This document shows positions 25,382 to 37,507 of a DNA stretch of 64,000 bases, one piece after another; the stretch's first letter is position 1; each line of letters starts with the position of its first letter. The stretch lies in NCBI GenBank assembly GCA_964106915.2, contig OZ066914.1. One strand, 5' to 3'. Under the pieces are notes generated by a model. It worked only from the letters and a program-made list of their open reading frames with translations. It had not been told where the DNA came from and did not search any database. The position numbers and the translations under genes are program-made. The stretch is from Podarcis gaigeae. Lineage: Eukaryota.

Positions 25382-26564
25382 TTTTTTTTTGAAAAGACAT
25401 TCTACTGAAAAGTATTCTACTGACAGAAAGAGAACAAGTTTTACTCGTTTGGCAGGGGAGTCAAATAACATTAGTTACCCTTACCACATTTATGAAGTAG
25501 GTTGGGCATTACTGAATTCTTTTCATAACTAAATTAGCCTTTTTAAAGGTGTGTTTCATAATTTTGAAGGGGGGGAGAGGGGAAATTTGCCTGGTCCTGA
25601 CCTAGAGACTGTCCCTTTAAGACTGCTGCAAGAAAGCAAGTCAATTGGCTAGTTCAGAGAATGCATTCTCTCATTGCCACCCTGCACAGATTGTAGAGAG
25701 CAGGAGCCCTGCTTCTGCCATTCACAAAGGAGACTAACATTCCAGTGGGTCCTATATGCATGTACAATCCAATGCTTACAGGCAACAATAATTTGTTTAC
25801 GTCATGTGTGCATACGTTTCATTGAAATATTATGCCTTGCAAAAGTAACTGTGGCAAGGGAAGTGGGGCAAATGCATCAGGCAGACGTGGGAGAAAGGCA
25901 TTCTCTCACTTCCACCACATGCAGAAAGTAGTGTCTGAGCCAGTCTTTCTTCACTTGCTGTGAAGCAGAACTACAGGCATTCTTTCTTTGGCAGATAACG
26001 GAAGGGGAGGAGTGGCGAGAGAAGGGGCTGCTGGTGCACCAAAACAACAGCTACTAATTAAGATAAAAGCTCGGGTTGGATATTTTGCCAAACCATGGTT
26101 TAAGCCTCCAAATGTACAGACAACAAAGTATGATTTAGAGTTTCTCATCTGCTTTATTTTCCACCCACTCATCACCAGCTTCACAAGTCTGTAAATTCAC
26201 TCCTGTCTCCATAGCACAGCAGCCTCTTGAGACAAAAGCATAATTGCAGCTATTGCTCTTATAAAATCAGATACCACATCAAGCCAGTTAGCACAAACCA
26301 TGGTTTGCAAACCTATGTCAAGTCCTGTTTTCAAAATCTAGTTTGGTGGCTGTTCACAAACCATAGTCAATTCAGACATCATGCCTAATGTAATTAAGCA
26401 TTAAGGATCATGAACTGAGACAAAGAGAAAGCACAAATCATTTCAGTTTGAGAGATCTTTATACTTTATAAATATAAATATTTTTGTTATTTAAAAGGTG
26501 CATATTCTCAGGAACACAAAATAACATGAAAAACTCAAATGTGAAAAACCACACACAAACATTA

Positions 26565-26768
<204 letters not shown>

Positions 26769-27821
26769 TTAGAATGAAAAATGGATTATAAGTCTGATAC
26801 TTTGATGTGGCACAGATAAAGCTTGGCAAGTATGGTGGAACATCTTTCTCACATCAATACTAATATAAAAAAGTAATGCATAAGATCTGTGTGGAGCAAT
26901 TGTTTCCAGAGTATCCTAACAATACAGTAACAGGTTTTTGTAATACATCACAAGGGGCATGTGGCAATTTAGAATAATTGCCACCATAAAATGTCCAGGA
27001 TTTACAATTTATCAAGGATTAGACAGTTGTGATGAAAGAAAGGGGCATCCTTTCATCAATACATCTTAAAACAGGGGTGGGGAACCTTCAGACCCTAAAT
27101 AGGCTCGCTATACCTGCCCACTTGGCCAAACAGGCCATTCTGGCTAAGCCACACCCATCTGCCAAACACCTCACAACATATATTACATCTTTTGTGGGAA
27201 GGCAAAAAGGCAGCTGAGCTAGGACAAAGCGGGCTTCTGAAGTGACAATGATCAGATGATTGGCAGCACTTCAGCAACTTGTAGCAAATAGCCTTGTGCA
27301 GTATTTTGAAGTTGCCACAATCAACTGATTGTCTGGGCTTCAAAACACAGTGCCATTTTAAAGGTACTTGCAAAGAGCCCTGTGCTGTGCTTTGAAATCC
27401 TGACAAACCGTTGGCTATCGAGATATCAAAGTGCCATGTCATCTGAAATCACTGTGATGACAGGTTGGGGGCGAGTCCCTGACCTCATCAAATTTGCACA
27501 GGCTAAGCATCTGGTCCACTGGCGAGTTTTAATTTCCAAACCCTTTCTTCTTCCAAACCCACCAAGCCCAAACAAATTTACATCACAATCTACTGAATTT
27601 CTTAGATGCATTATTTGCTTCCATCAGACATAATTAGAAGATTACTGTACTCATACTTACACAGCTTCATACATACAGATGCAAAATTAAGTAGCTAGAA
27701 ATTATGCTAATGATAGTGGCGACAAAGCACATATCAATGCAGAACATGGGGAATCAAAACCCCTTTTCAATATTTTGCATATGTAATTAAAGACCAGAAA
27801 TCCAAATACACTTCAACATAC

Positions 27822-28336
27822 TCCGGAGGTCGTGTGTCTGGTCCAAGATCCCGGTGTAAAGAAATCCTGTCGCTTGCGAAAGCATTGAAACAATGTTTTT
27901 CATCTCCACGTTCTTTTTCCTCCTTCTCAGCTGGACTTAAATTGACCGTTTTGAATGGTTTACCAGAAGCCCCTGGAGCATTAGAGTCCTGAGGGGGTCG
28001 ATCCAGGTGAGGTGTCAGCTCTGCTGCTGTATAGGAGCCAGGTAAACAGCGCTTCTGTCCTGCCTTTTGAGTTTGCCTAATAGGCGCTTTAATCTGCATT
28101 TTTGGCTTTGCAACTTTAATATTGTTCACAGCTTTTAATACTAGACCCAGTACATTATTAATCTTTCCATCTTTTGATGGGCTCCCAGGCTCCTCATTAA
28201 AATCCTGAATGCCAACTTCTCTTTGTAGCAGAAACAAAAATATCAAGAAGATAAAAATAATGAAGGTAAACTTCCAAAGTTTCCACGGGGACAAATGTTT
28301 CATTGTGAATCGTCTTAGCAGTCTTACGAAAGCCAT
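27822..28336 (-). CDS. GALNT3: GALNT3 exon 2 coding part (start, TM anchor, stem); polypeptide N-acetylgalactosaminyltransferase 3
   Basis: ATG GCT at 28336 (extra in-frame ATG at 28339); hydrophobic [15 protein letters not shown]; [15 protein letters not shown]...[24 protein letters not shown]; donor GA|gtatgt; 515 nt; exon acceptor ctgcag| at 28433-28434. Confidence 0.95.
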
Positions 28337-28639
28337 CATGCCCACCCTCCACTTGTCCACGTATGCAAGTGCTTCCAATGATGCTATTCTTTATTCATAG
28401 AGGTAGTTAGATGCTTCATAAAATGGTCATATCTGCAGAAAAGTTTTTTAAGTGTTAATAAATGCTATTGTATAAATGGACACTTTAATGCTTCATACGG
28501 ACAGATGCATCCGCTTAATTAGGCACAGAGTAAAATCTGTGCAAAACAGGATAGCATTATTTTCAGTACAGTACTCAGGCTGTCTTCTCGTTTCTAAACC
28601 TACCACAATTTGTATTTGAATTTTGACCAAGGTCTACAA

Positions 28640-29065
28640 ATAATAATAATGATGATAATGATAATTTATACCCCACCCACCTGGCTGTACTGCCCCAGCC
28701 ACTTTGGGCGGCTTCCAGCATATATAAAAACATAGTAAAACATTAAACCTTAAAAAGCTTCCCTAGGCTACCTTCAGATGTTTCCTAAATGTTATATAAT
28801 TACTCATCTCCTTAACATCTGATGGGAGGGTATTCCACTGGGAAGGCACCACTACCAAGAAGGCTCTCTGCCTGCTTCCCTGTAGTTTCACTTCTCATAG
28901 TGTGGGAACCTCCAGAAGGCCCTCGGTACTGGATCTCAGTGTCTGGGCTGAAAGACGGAGGTGGAGATGCTCCTTCAGGTATACAGGATCGAGGCTGTTT
29001 AGGGCTTTAAAGGTCAGCACCAACACTTTGAATTGTGCTTCGAAACGTACTAAGACCCATATACT
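28640..29065 (-). mobile_element. L2-like LINE 3' fragment
   Basis: ATT-type tail at 28640-28665; minus-strand ORF with AQFKVLVLTFKALN typical of L2 ORF2 C-terminus; same family as 54915-55262. Confidence 0.7.
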
Positions 29066-31169
29066 TGACAAATAATACAAAATGTATTATTCCGCCCTGT
29101 ATATATTCTAATCACGGATACTGATGGTACACTAATGCAACTAACTGCAGTCAGATGGAGTGAATTGACATTGATGGTATACCACTGGCTGAACGAAGGT
29201 CTCATTAGTCATAAACATGCTAACCTAAATGCAGAAATGCCACATGCCATTTTCCTTTCAAGCAAAAGTCATCAGGAAAAAAATGGGCTTGTGCATGTAA
29301 CTTTAAAATTAAGCTTCAAGTAACACTCTCTTACAAGTCATAAACTCGTAATTAAGCTCCAAAACACCAAATTTCAACAGTAAGATTTTGAATATTTTTA
29401 AAAAATCACATCAGCTGAAATATTAAAGCTCTAAAGCTCCAATCCTAAAATACTTACTATACAGGAAGTTCAATTGGATTCAATGGGATTTACTTCCTTA
29501 GGATCAATGGTGTGCGTTCAGTTTTGGTTTTAGGGATAATTTTTAGGCACTTGCATTGTAGTCTGGTGGACAAAAAAAATAATCCATGTAGTTGGGAACC
29601 AACATCAAATTTTCTTGAGCCTCGGATTCCCACCCTTATAACTACAGAAAATGACAAATTAATTATACATCTTTACATATGTGATACTACTGCTAATCCA
29701 TGGGTTAGGCAGTTAGTACTCATTTGACATTCTAAAGATCACCACCTCCTTGTACAGCTAAATGTATCAGCTAGCTAAAATGTGGTGTAGCCTGTGAGTC
29801 ATGGGAAAGCCAACTACAACTACACACACCTCCCTCCTTTATGTCAACATCTTCTGTTGACCTTCCACATCACCAGCAGAAGCAGTTCCTGGAAGGATAA
29901 GGAAGATCAGAGCCGCCTATTCACACTCTTTTTTACAATGCACACCATTCTGTTCTGAGGTTGGGCAGAGCTTAAGAAAAAGCTTCTGAACCTTTAATAT
30001 CTTGTGTCTCTCCTGCACAATTTCAGCAAGTTACACACACCCAAAATCCCACCCATTCAATACACTGAACAACACACATTACACAACAATTAAAATTGTA
30101 CAGGAAGATGCTCACATCTTCCTCCACCTCTGGCCACCCTAATCCCCATGGGGGCACCCTTGCAACAAACACAAAGTACTATGGCTGCTCCCAAATGTTA
30201 TTGCTGAATTCAGTCAGGCCTGGTCCAAGAGCCCTGCAGGATTAGACCAAAAGCTGATCTAGTCCAGAATCTTGTTTTTTCACAGTAGCCAGCCTGGTGC
30301 CCAAGGGAAGCCTACAAGCAGGACATGAGTTCAGCTGCCCTCTTCCACAGCTATTTCCTAACAACTGACATTGGGGTGAGGGCAGTCTCTTGAAATTTCT
30401 TATCCCAAAACTTTGCAGAGAAAGGTCCAAGAACAAGAGGCTCTGCCTGCCAGTTGAATAGCAACAGTCCAGACAATGCAACACAACCGGACCATTGGCC
30501 TGACTTCCTAGGATCTTATGATAAACCTTACACACCAGAGCCCACCTAACCCTAAGCATACTTACTCTGAAGCAAGTTCCACTGGGCTCAACCAAACTTA
30601 CTCCCTGCGGTTTAAAATTGGAGCATTACTATTTTATGTAGGCACTTTTTAAAGCACTTTATATGCCTAATCTTGGCACACCTTAAAACACCCTTGGCAA
30701 GGGTACCCCAGGATCATCCCACATGGGCGATCTTTCCTAGGACAGGGCTGCCAACTTGAATAAAATATTGGGGGTGGGGGCAGGCAATCATCGCCCTGCA
30801 TAATTGATCACATGACGCAACACCCACACACCAGTTGAATGGCAATGCCCATCCACTTGGGCAGGAGGCAGCCTCCTCAAATACTGCATGGGGGGGGGGG
30901 AGCAAAGGGACCTCGGCCCCTAGGTGTTGGCCCCTGCAGATTAGGACAAGGCATGAGTTCGACACCCATTCACACAGTTATATGTGCCCACAGGGCATCA
31001 TTGCCCAGGGGCAATCTCTCCATAGGTGTCAACTTTCAGATTTGAAAATAAGGGATCAGCAGCCTCGAAAATAAGGGATCAGCAGCTTCACCTGTCCCGG
31101 GAACAGTCTACGGGATATCTAACAATCCGGGATAGCAGCTGGAAGCAGTGGGAAACGGCGCTGGAATAA

Positions 31170-31534
31170 GGGTAAAAGGTAAAGGGACCCCTGACCATTA
31201 AACCATTAAGTCCAGTCGTGGCCGACTCTGGGGTTGCGGTGCTCATCTCGCTTTATTGGCCGAGGGAGCCAGGCGTACAGCTTCCGGGTCATGTGGCCAG
31301 CATGACTAAGCCGCTTCTGGCGAACCAGAGCAGCGCACGGAAACACCGTTTACCTTCCCGCCAGAGCGGTACCTATTTATCTACTTGCACTTTGACCTGC
31401 TTTTGAACTGCTAGGTTGGCAGGAGCAGGAACCGAGCAACGGGAGCTCACCCCGTCACGGAGATTTGAACCGCCGATCTTCTGACTGGCAAATCCTAGGC
31501 TCTGCGGTTTAATCCACAGCGCCACCCGCATCCC
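31170..31534 (-). mobile_element. Sauria SINE (subfamily 'A') in GALNT3 intron 1
   Basis: Reverse complement of the 1105 copy; AAAGGTAAAGGGACCCC tail end, head ...GCCACCCGCATCCC. Confidence 0.9.
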
Positions 31535-31589
31535 TACATATACACATACATACCCATACATATACCCATCCAGTTCAGGGGTCATTTAC

Positions 31590-31792
31590 NNNNNNNNNNN
31601 NNNNNNNNNNNNNNNNNNNNNNNNNNNNNNNNNNNNNNNNNNNNNNNNNNNNNNNNNNNNNNNNNNNNNNNNNNNNNNNNNNNNNNNNNNNNNNNNNNNN
31701 NNNNNNNNNNNNNNNNNNNNNNNNNNNNNNNNNNNNNNNNNNNNNNNNNNNNNNNNNNNNNNNNNNNNNNNNNNNNNNNNNNNNNNNNNNNN
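31590..31792. other. Assembly gap (203 N)
   Basis: Run of n. Confidence 1.
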
Positions 31793-31849
31793 ATTTGATC
31801 TATACTGTATCTATAAAATCTCCCCAGAGGACTAGTAGAACCAGACCAG

Positions 31850-32600
31850 CAACACCCCCCTCCCCATCCTCGTTACCTCGGGATAGGGCGGGAGAGGAGG
31901 CGCAGGAGGTGGGGAGGGGGGCGAAGGGCGCAACCGCTCCAACTCGGAGCCTCTCAGCCTACATGGTCATTTCTGCAAACGGCTCTCCGAGCCAGCAACC
32001 GACGCTCGCCCCTGAAGCAACAGCAACGGGCGACCCCCCCCCCCCCGTTCCCGCTGCTCTCATTGACCTCCACCGGCAGCCACCCTGCAGAATAAGCCCC
32101 GCCCTTACCTGTGCCAGCAACGCGAAGAAAGCGGTTTCGGCGTCGGCGTGGAAGGAAGGAGCGAGCGTGCCTTCCTCTGCCGTCCTTCCCTCCTCCGCGG
32201 CGGCGGCAGCGGCAGCGGCGGCGCTCTGTTGCCACGGCGGCGAGCGAAAAACCCTGGCCTGCGATTGGCCGCTTCGTGAGGCTCGGCAGCGCCCAGGTGA
32301 GCGTCGGGCCGAGGAGGGCGTTCACCTGAGTGGCTCACCTGGGCAGCTCAGGTAAGGCGCGCGCGCGCAGCCCCTCCTTCCGCTCCTCCAACGGAAGGCC
32401 CCAGGCCCACGTGCCCCTGGCGGGCGCGAGAAGCACGGAGGCCCCAGAATGATCCTCCTCCTCCGCTGCCCTCTATGGCTTTTTGACGCCTGGAGGCTCT
32501 GCCGCCCGGACGCTGCCGTTGTTTCCACCTCTTCTGCGCTCCTTGGCGACTCTTTACTGGGGTTCCTGCGAAGCTTATTTCCGAGGGGCAGAGGAGGGGT
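31850..32600 (-). promoter_or_regulatory. GALNT3: CpG island / GALNT3 promoter and non-coding exon 1
   Basis: High GC and CpG density; strong minus-strand donor CAG|GTAAGG with exon end at 32109; second donor GAG|GTAACG at about 31877; CCAAT box (ATTGG 32264-32268); GCC/GCG repeats in the putative 5'UTR. Confidence 0.8.
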
Positions 32601-32923
32601 GTGTGTGTGCTTGAGCAATGGAAACTCCAGAGCAGAATTAATTCAGCAAACTGATACAGGGATGGATGAGCTCCTGCGGCGTTCCTTGCAACGTGGAGGC
32701 AGTAAAAGGAAGGGGAATTGCATGGGCCCTTGCTATGTGTTTTTAAGGCCCTGATGGAAAAATGACGGTAAATCGAAAAGCAAAAGTTCGCTGGCAAATT
32801 TAGGGTAATATATCGGTGTGGCTGTGATATATGAATGGGAGAAAGAGATGGGGTGTTCAATATGATCATTATAGAAGCGGATCAAGAATACAGGTCCCTG
32901 GGCACATTGCTAGAAACTTAATA

Positions 32924-33132
32924 CAGTGGTACCTCGGGTTACATACACTTCAGGTTATAGACTCCACTAACCCAGAAATAGTACCTCAGGTTAAGAGCTT
33001 TGCTTCAGGATGAGAACAGAAATCACGCGGCGGCGGTGCGACAACAGCGGGAGGCCCCATTAGCTAAAGTGGTGTTTCAGGTTAAGAACGGACCTCCGGA
33101 ACGAATTAAGTACATAACCAGAGATACCACTG
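32924..33132. mobile_element. Tc1/mariner (Tigger-like) MITE
   Basis: TA|CAGTGGTACCTC...GAGATACCACTG|TA; same family as 59244-59467. Confidence 0.88.
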
Positions 33133-33134
33133 TA

Positions 33135-33258
33135 GCCCATTTACCTTCCTGTTGCAGCGGTACCTATTTATCTACTTGCACTGGTATACTTTCCAACTGA
33201 AGCGAGGTAAGTCCCCTTCTGACTGGACTTCACTGTCCGGGGGTCCTTTACCGTTTAC
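33135..33258. mobile_element. Rearranged Sauria SINE remnant (inverted central part plus forward 3' end)
   Basis: 33135-33199 matches the SINE centre in minus orientation; 33200-33258 matches the SINE 3' end in plus orientation. Confidence 0.65.
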
Positions 33259-34647
33259 TTATGCACAAACCCATGACGTAAACTTGCATGAAATAGGTAC
33301 ACCAATTTATGTCAAGATGCAAATTTTGGCCAATTTTCTGAGGGGAGAAAACAAAGCTGGCTTTTGTTGTTAGGGTTCAATTTGCCTCTGAGCTCATTGA
33401 GTGGCAGGAGACTCAGCTATACAGCTGCAAATCAAACATTTTAAGTTTGTTGTAAAGTGTATTATACAAACGTGACACTAGATGGAGATGGTGAGCTATG
33501 GCAAATTCAATATATTTTTCAAAGCATTTTTGTAAAAAAGCATTTTCACAGCATTTTCAGTATGTGTCTAGATTCCACCTGGGACTCTTTGCACAATTTT
33601 CAGCCAACCTAAAGAAATTTTTTAAAAATGGGGAACGGGTCAAGAGGTCAGGGGCTTTAACGAAAAGAACAGGGACATCCTAACAATGCCTCTGCAGGCA
33701 TCACTCGGTCCTTGAACTGAGAAGACACAATAATAGAATTTTGCACAGGTGTCACCACAAAGATTTTGTAAAATCTACATTTTATTGCAGGAGATGTCAG
33801 ACACTCAGTGCTCAAAAATACCTATGTAGTAGCTACAAATAGTGTAAAGGAAAATGGAAAACTGCATGCTTTGGGAATGACAGGGAACTGTTTTAACAGT
33901 GGAAATTGACAGGATGCTCTGAGATTGAAACAAGTATGAATTGTAGAGTGTTATTGTTGCTTGCTTGAGTAATTTATAAAGAAAGATATATATTTAGTTT
34001 GGCATCATGCATTTTATTTTCAACTTACACTGAAAAAAGTAATGTTGACCAGATGCTGCAATATTTTAAGAAGTATTTACATTACTGTATTTCAGTTCTT
34101 TCCATAGGAAATATGAATTGTCACCTTTTTAACAGCATAAAGTAGATTTCACAGTTCTGTGTTCTTGTAAGGTGGCTGGGCAGAAATCTCACATTTCCCC
34201 TCATTTTTATCCAGGTTGACTAGTTCAGTTATGATAAGAATAAGGTCCGTTTGCTTTTCTAAGATTTTACATAAAGAGACTGAAGACTAGAAATTTTAAG
34301 CCTACCCCCTTTTTCCCTTCAGGAAAAGTTGATGCATGAAGGGTCAATTCCGAGGACATGTGGGAGCAGTGGTAGTTTACCCCCACCTCATTAACAGCTG
34401 CTTTCCCTTCATCTAGGCTTTATGTCATGAACTGTGTGACTTTTTAGCCAACACCACTGCATGGTATGAGTTAAAACGTAAATTAATCTAGCACCATAAA
34501 AAGGAAAGTTGTTAATGTCTTAATCTCACTTGTGTTTTTTGCTCAAATGAACAATCAAATGCATACTTGGGGAACAAGCCCCATTGACAATAGTAGACTT
34601 ATTTCTGAGTAAACACACAGAGTTGTTCTGTTAAACAATACTCTGTA

Positions 34648-35024
34648 GGGACGTGGGTGGCACGTGGGTGACTCTAAACCACTGAGCCTCTTGGGCTTGC
34701 CAATTAGAAGGTCAGCAGTTCAAATCCCTGCAACGGGGTAAGCTCCTGTTGCTCTGTCCCAGCTCCTGCCAACCTAGCATTTCGAAAGGACGCCAATGCA
34801 AGTAGATAAATAGGTGCCGCTGCAGCGGGAAGGTAAACGGCATTTCCGTGCGCTGCTCTGGTTTCCATCACAGTGTTCCGTTGCACCAGAAGCGGTTTAG
34901 TCATGCTGGTCGCATGACCCAGAAAGCTGTGTGGCCTGAAAGCGAGATGAGCGCCGCAACCCCATCGTTGCCTTTGACTGGACCTAACCGTCCTTGGGTA
35001 CTTTACCTTCACCTTCATCTTTAC
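34648..35024 (+). mobile_element. Sauria SINE (subfamily 'C')
   Basis: Full length with duplicated CGTGGGTG in head; TSD TTAAACAATAC at 34631-34641 and 35025-35035. Confidence 0.88.
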
Positions 35025-36094
35025 TTAAACAATACAGCAGCTTTTTGCTCTTGTTGATCTGTGCTGCATGGTACTGTGTATGTTTGCTCTGAAGTACCAC
35101 TGAATTCATGTAAATATGCATAGAACTGCAAAGCCCTTTTTCTTGTTACTTTCATCCTATTTCTTCCACCTCCATTTCTTCTGTACAATCAATACTTTCC
35201 AGCATCTTCAAGACAAATGGAAAAACTAAATAATTATCAATTTGCCAAAGCAATGTAGTGCTGTTTCATAGGCAAGTGTGTAAATTGATGGTTTTTGTTT
35301 TATCATACACTGATATTTAATCCTAGAACTGTACTGTATCATGCTAACATAAGAGAGTAGGAACACAGGAAGTAACCTTATGCAGTGTCAAACCATTGGT
35401 CCATCTAACTCAGTGCAATGACTGGCAGTGGTTCTCCAGAGATTCAGACCAGGGACTTTCTTGAACCTGGGATCCTTTGCAGGCCAATCAGATGCACAGA
35501 ACCATAGTCCACGTGCAAGAGGACAAGGATCATGCACCTTTTAGAGCTGAATAGAAGAGAGAATTGTAGCAGGCATAACAAGCAACACTGCTAAAATCTT
35601 CTCTTCTACACAACTATCAAAGGTGCAGGAGCCCTGCCCCCTTTCGTACCTGTGACTACCCTACTATAATGATTTTTGCTGCCACACATCTCTCACTGAA
35701 GTCAGTGACAAAACTTCCACTGCTAGATTGCATCTCAAACTGCTGCATAAAATATTTTGGGGGGAAATATTATTTGCGGTTTCACTTTGGAAAATATGCA
35801 CCCCACTATCTTTGCGGTTCTTTAGACACAGTTCCTTTTGAAATGCTAAATTCAATGCTTAAGGGTTTTATTTTTCAGCTACCTAGTGTAGGGGTTGCTT
35901 GTATTTAGATTTGAAAGGTATAGAATTGATCGTTTTGGTTTCTCTTGCAACTACGATCATAAAGACACAATTTGACTGAGAACCTGTTCGTTGAAACTAT
36001 AGGACACAAAATATTTCAAGAATACTGTATGATAACAAAGAGCTTATATAAAGAGCTTGCTATAGTTGTATGTATAGGTATCCATAGCTATATA

Positions 36095-36096
<2 letters not shown>

Positions 36097-36128
<32 letters not shown>
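36097..36128. repeat. (GT)n microsatellite
   Basis: Perfect GT run. Confidence 0.95.
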
Positions 36129-36132
<4 letters not shown>

Positions 36133-36293
36133 ATATATAAGCTGCTATAGGAAGCTTAAATCTCCAGTGTAAGAGAGCAATAGAAAATGCAGACACACTC
36201 CCTTCCTCCTCCTTCAAAGGCAGAGAATATGAGTTGCTAGGCAACACCATACTGAACACTGGACTCCTTTTTCATTAACATAACTGAACTGAC

Positions 36294-36335
<42 letters not shown>

Positions 36336-36368
36336 CTCTCTGTGTGTCTCTCTCTCTGTGTCTCTCTC
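36294..36368. repeat. Compound (CT)n/(GT)n microsatellite
   Basis: Seen directly. Confidence 0.95.
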
Positions 36369-36572
36369 GAGTCCTTTCAATTCAAAGGCCATGTATTAGA
36401 AAGGAGGCTTAAGTTATAAAATGCTGCTAAAAATATTGTTAAAAGCTCAAATGGAGTCTTCCCACTTAACGGTGAGAAAAAAGTAGGGTCACCCATAGAA
36501 AAATGTCACTCTTTTATCCTGAATTCAGGAGGGCAGATGGCTTACATGAAACCAAACAATTTGGGTGGGGTG

Positions 36573-36712
36573 CATGGATGTAGCCAAGGGGGCAACTGCC
36601 CCCCATCAAGTAAACAAATAAAAATACTCAACTGACCAACTGCATTGCAGATAACTCGGTTCTGCCCTCCCATAAAGCGCCCCCCTTAAAATAATGCCTG
36701 GCTACACCCATG
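36573..36712. mobile_element. hAT-type MITE
   Basis: CATGGATGTAGCC...GGCTACACCCATG TIRs; perfect 8-bp TSD GTGGGGTG at 36565-36572 and 36713-36720. Confidence 0.85.
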
Positions 36713-37370
36713 GTGGGGTGGGGTGGAGAGTGCAGAGGTAAAGATTAGGAAAAGTCATTGGATGAAAATGTATCAGAACACAGAATCTTCCAAACAAACA
36801 TATTTCAGGCAAACGGGCAGTCCAGGGCATGCAATCAACCTTTATGCGTTGATGATGGTCTTCTACATCAGTGACCAACTTAGGTGAAAACATGTTCAAA
36901 AAATAGGCCATGGCGGCTCCTGAGAATTAGCCTGCTGACCCAACTATATTGGAATTGACTGTAATGCATCTAGATGTGACCCTGACAGCACTTAGCGGAA
37001 GTGTGCCAGCTTCCCGATACTCCTGACACAGCTGCTGGCCTGTGGGTTACAACCCCCTCAGCAAAGGCTGGGAGGCATCAGTTGTAACCCCTTGGCTGTT
37101 CCCCTCAAGCCCTGGAGCCATTCCCTTCTGTTGGAAGGACATACCTGTGTATGCTGCACAGCTTATCCTGCACCCACCTCTCCCCCCAAACTAGCCTGAT
37201 GCCCTCAGGTGTAGAAATGGAAGATATCCCATCACCTATGTTGAAGATTCAACTGCCACTCCATTAAGGTCTCTGTATGGGCAATTGGGAAGGTGTGTCA
37301 TTGCCTTGTCTCAGGCAGGCTTCTTTCTGGGGGCCAGTTGATAACACCCTCAGAACAGGTTGTTTTACTT

Positions 37371-37507
37371 CAGGCATAGGCAAACTCGGCCCTCCAGATG
37401 TTTTTGGGACTACAACTCCCAGCATCCCTAGCTAATAGGACCTGTGGTCAGGGATGATGGGAATTGTAGTCCTAAAACATCTGGAGGGCCGAGTTTGCCT
37501 ATGCCTA
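37371..37507. mobile_element. hAT MITE (same family as 12921)
   Basis: CAGGCATAGGCAAACTCGGCCCTCCAG TIR; TSD TTTTACT(T/G). Confidence 0.88.

Noticed and set aside
26080-26370. AAACCATGGTTT palindromes as a regulatory array
   Set aside because: More likely degraded remnants of an old palindromic repeat; no spacing regularity
28337-28378. N-terminal extension of GALNT3 ([13 protein letters not shown]) from the ORF track
   Set aside because: Begins at a TTG; the ATG at 28336 gives the expected 633-aa protein
31795-32869. Several long overlapping ORFs (up to 186 aa) as novel genes
   Set aside because: Stop-poor GC-rich CpG island; low-complexity Ala/Arg/Pro translations with no recognisable domain
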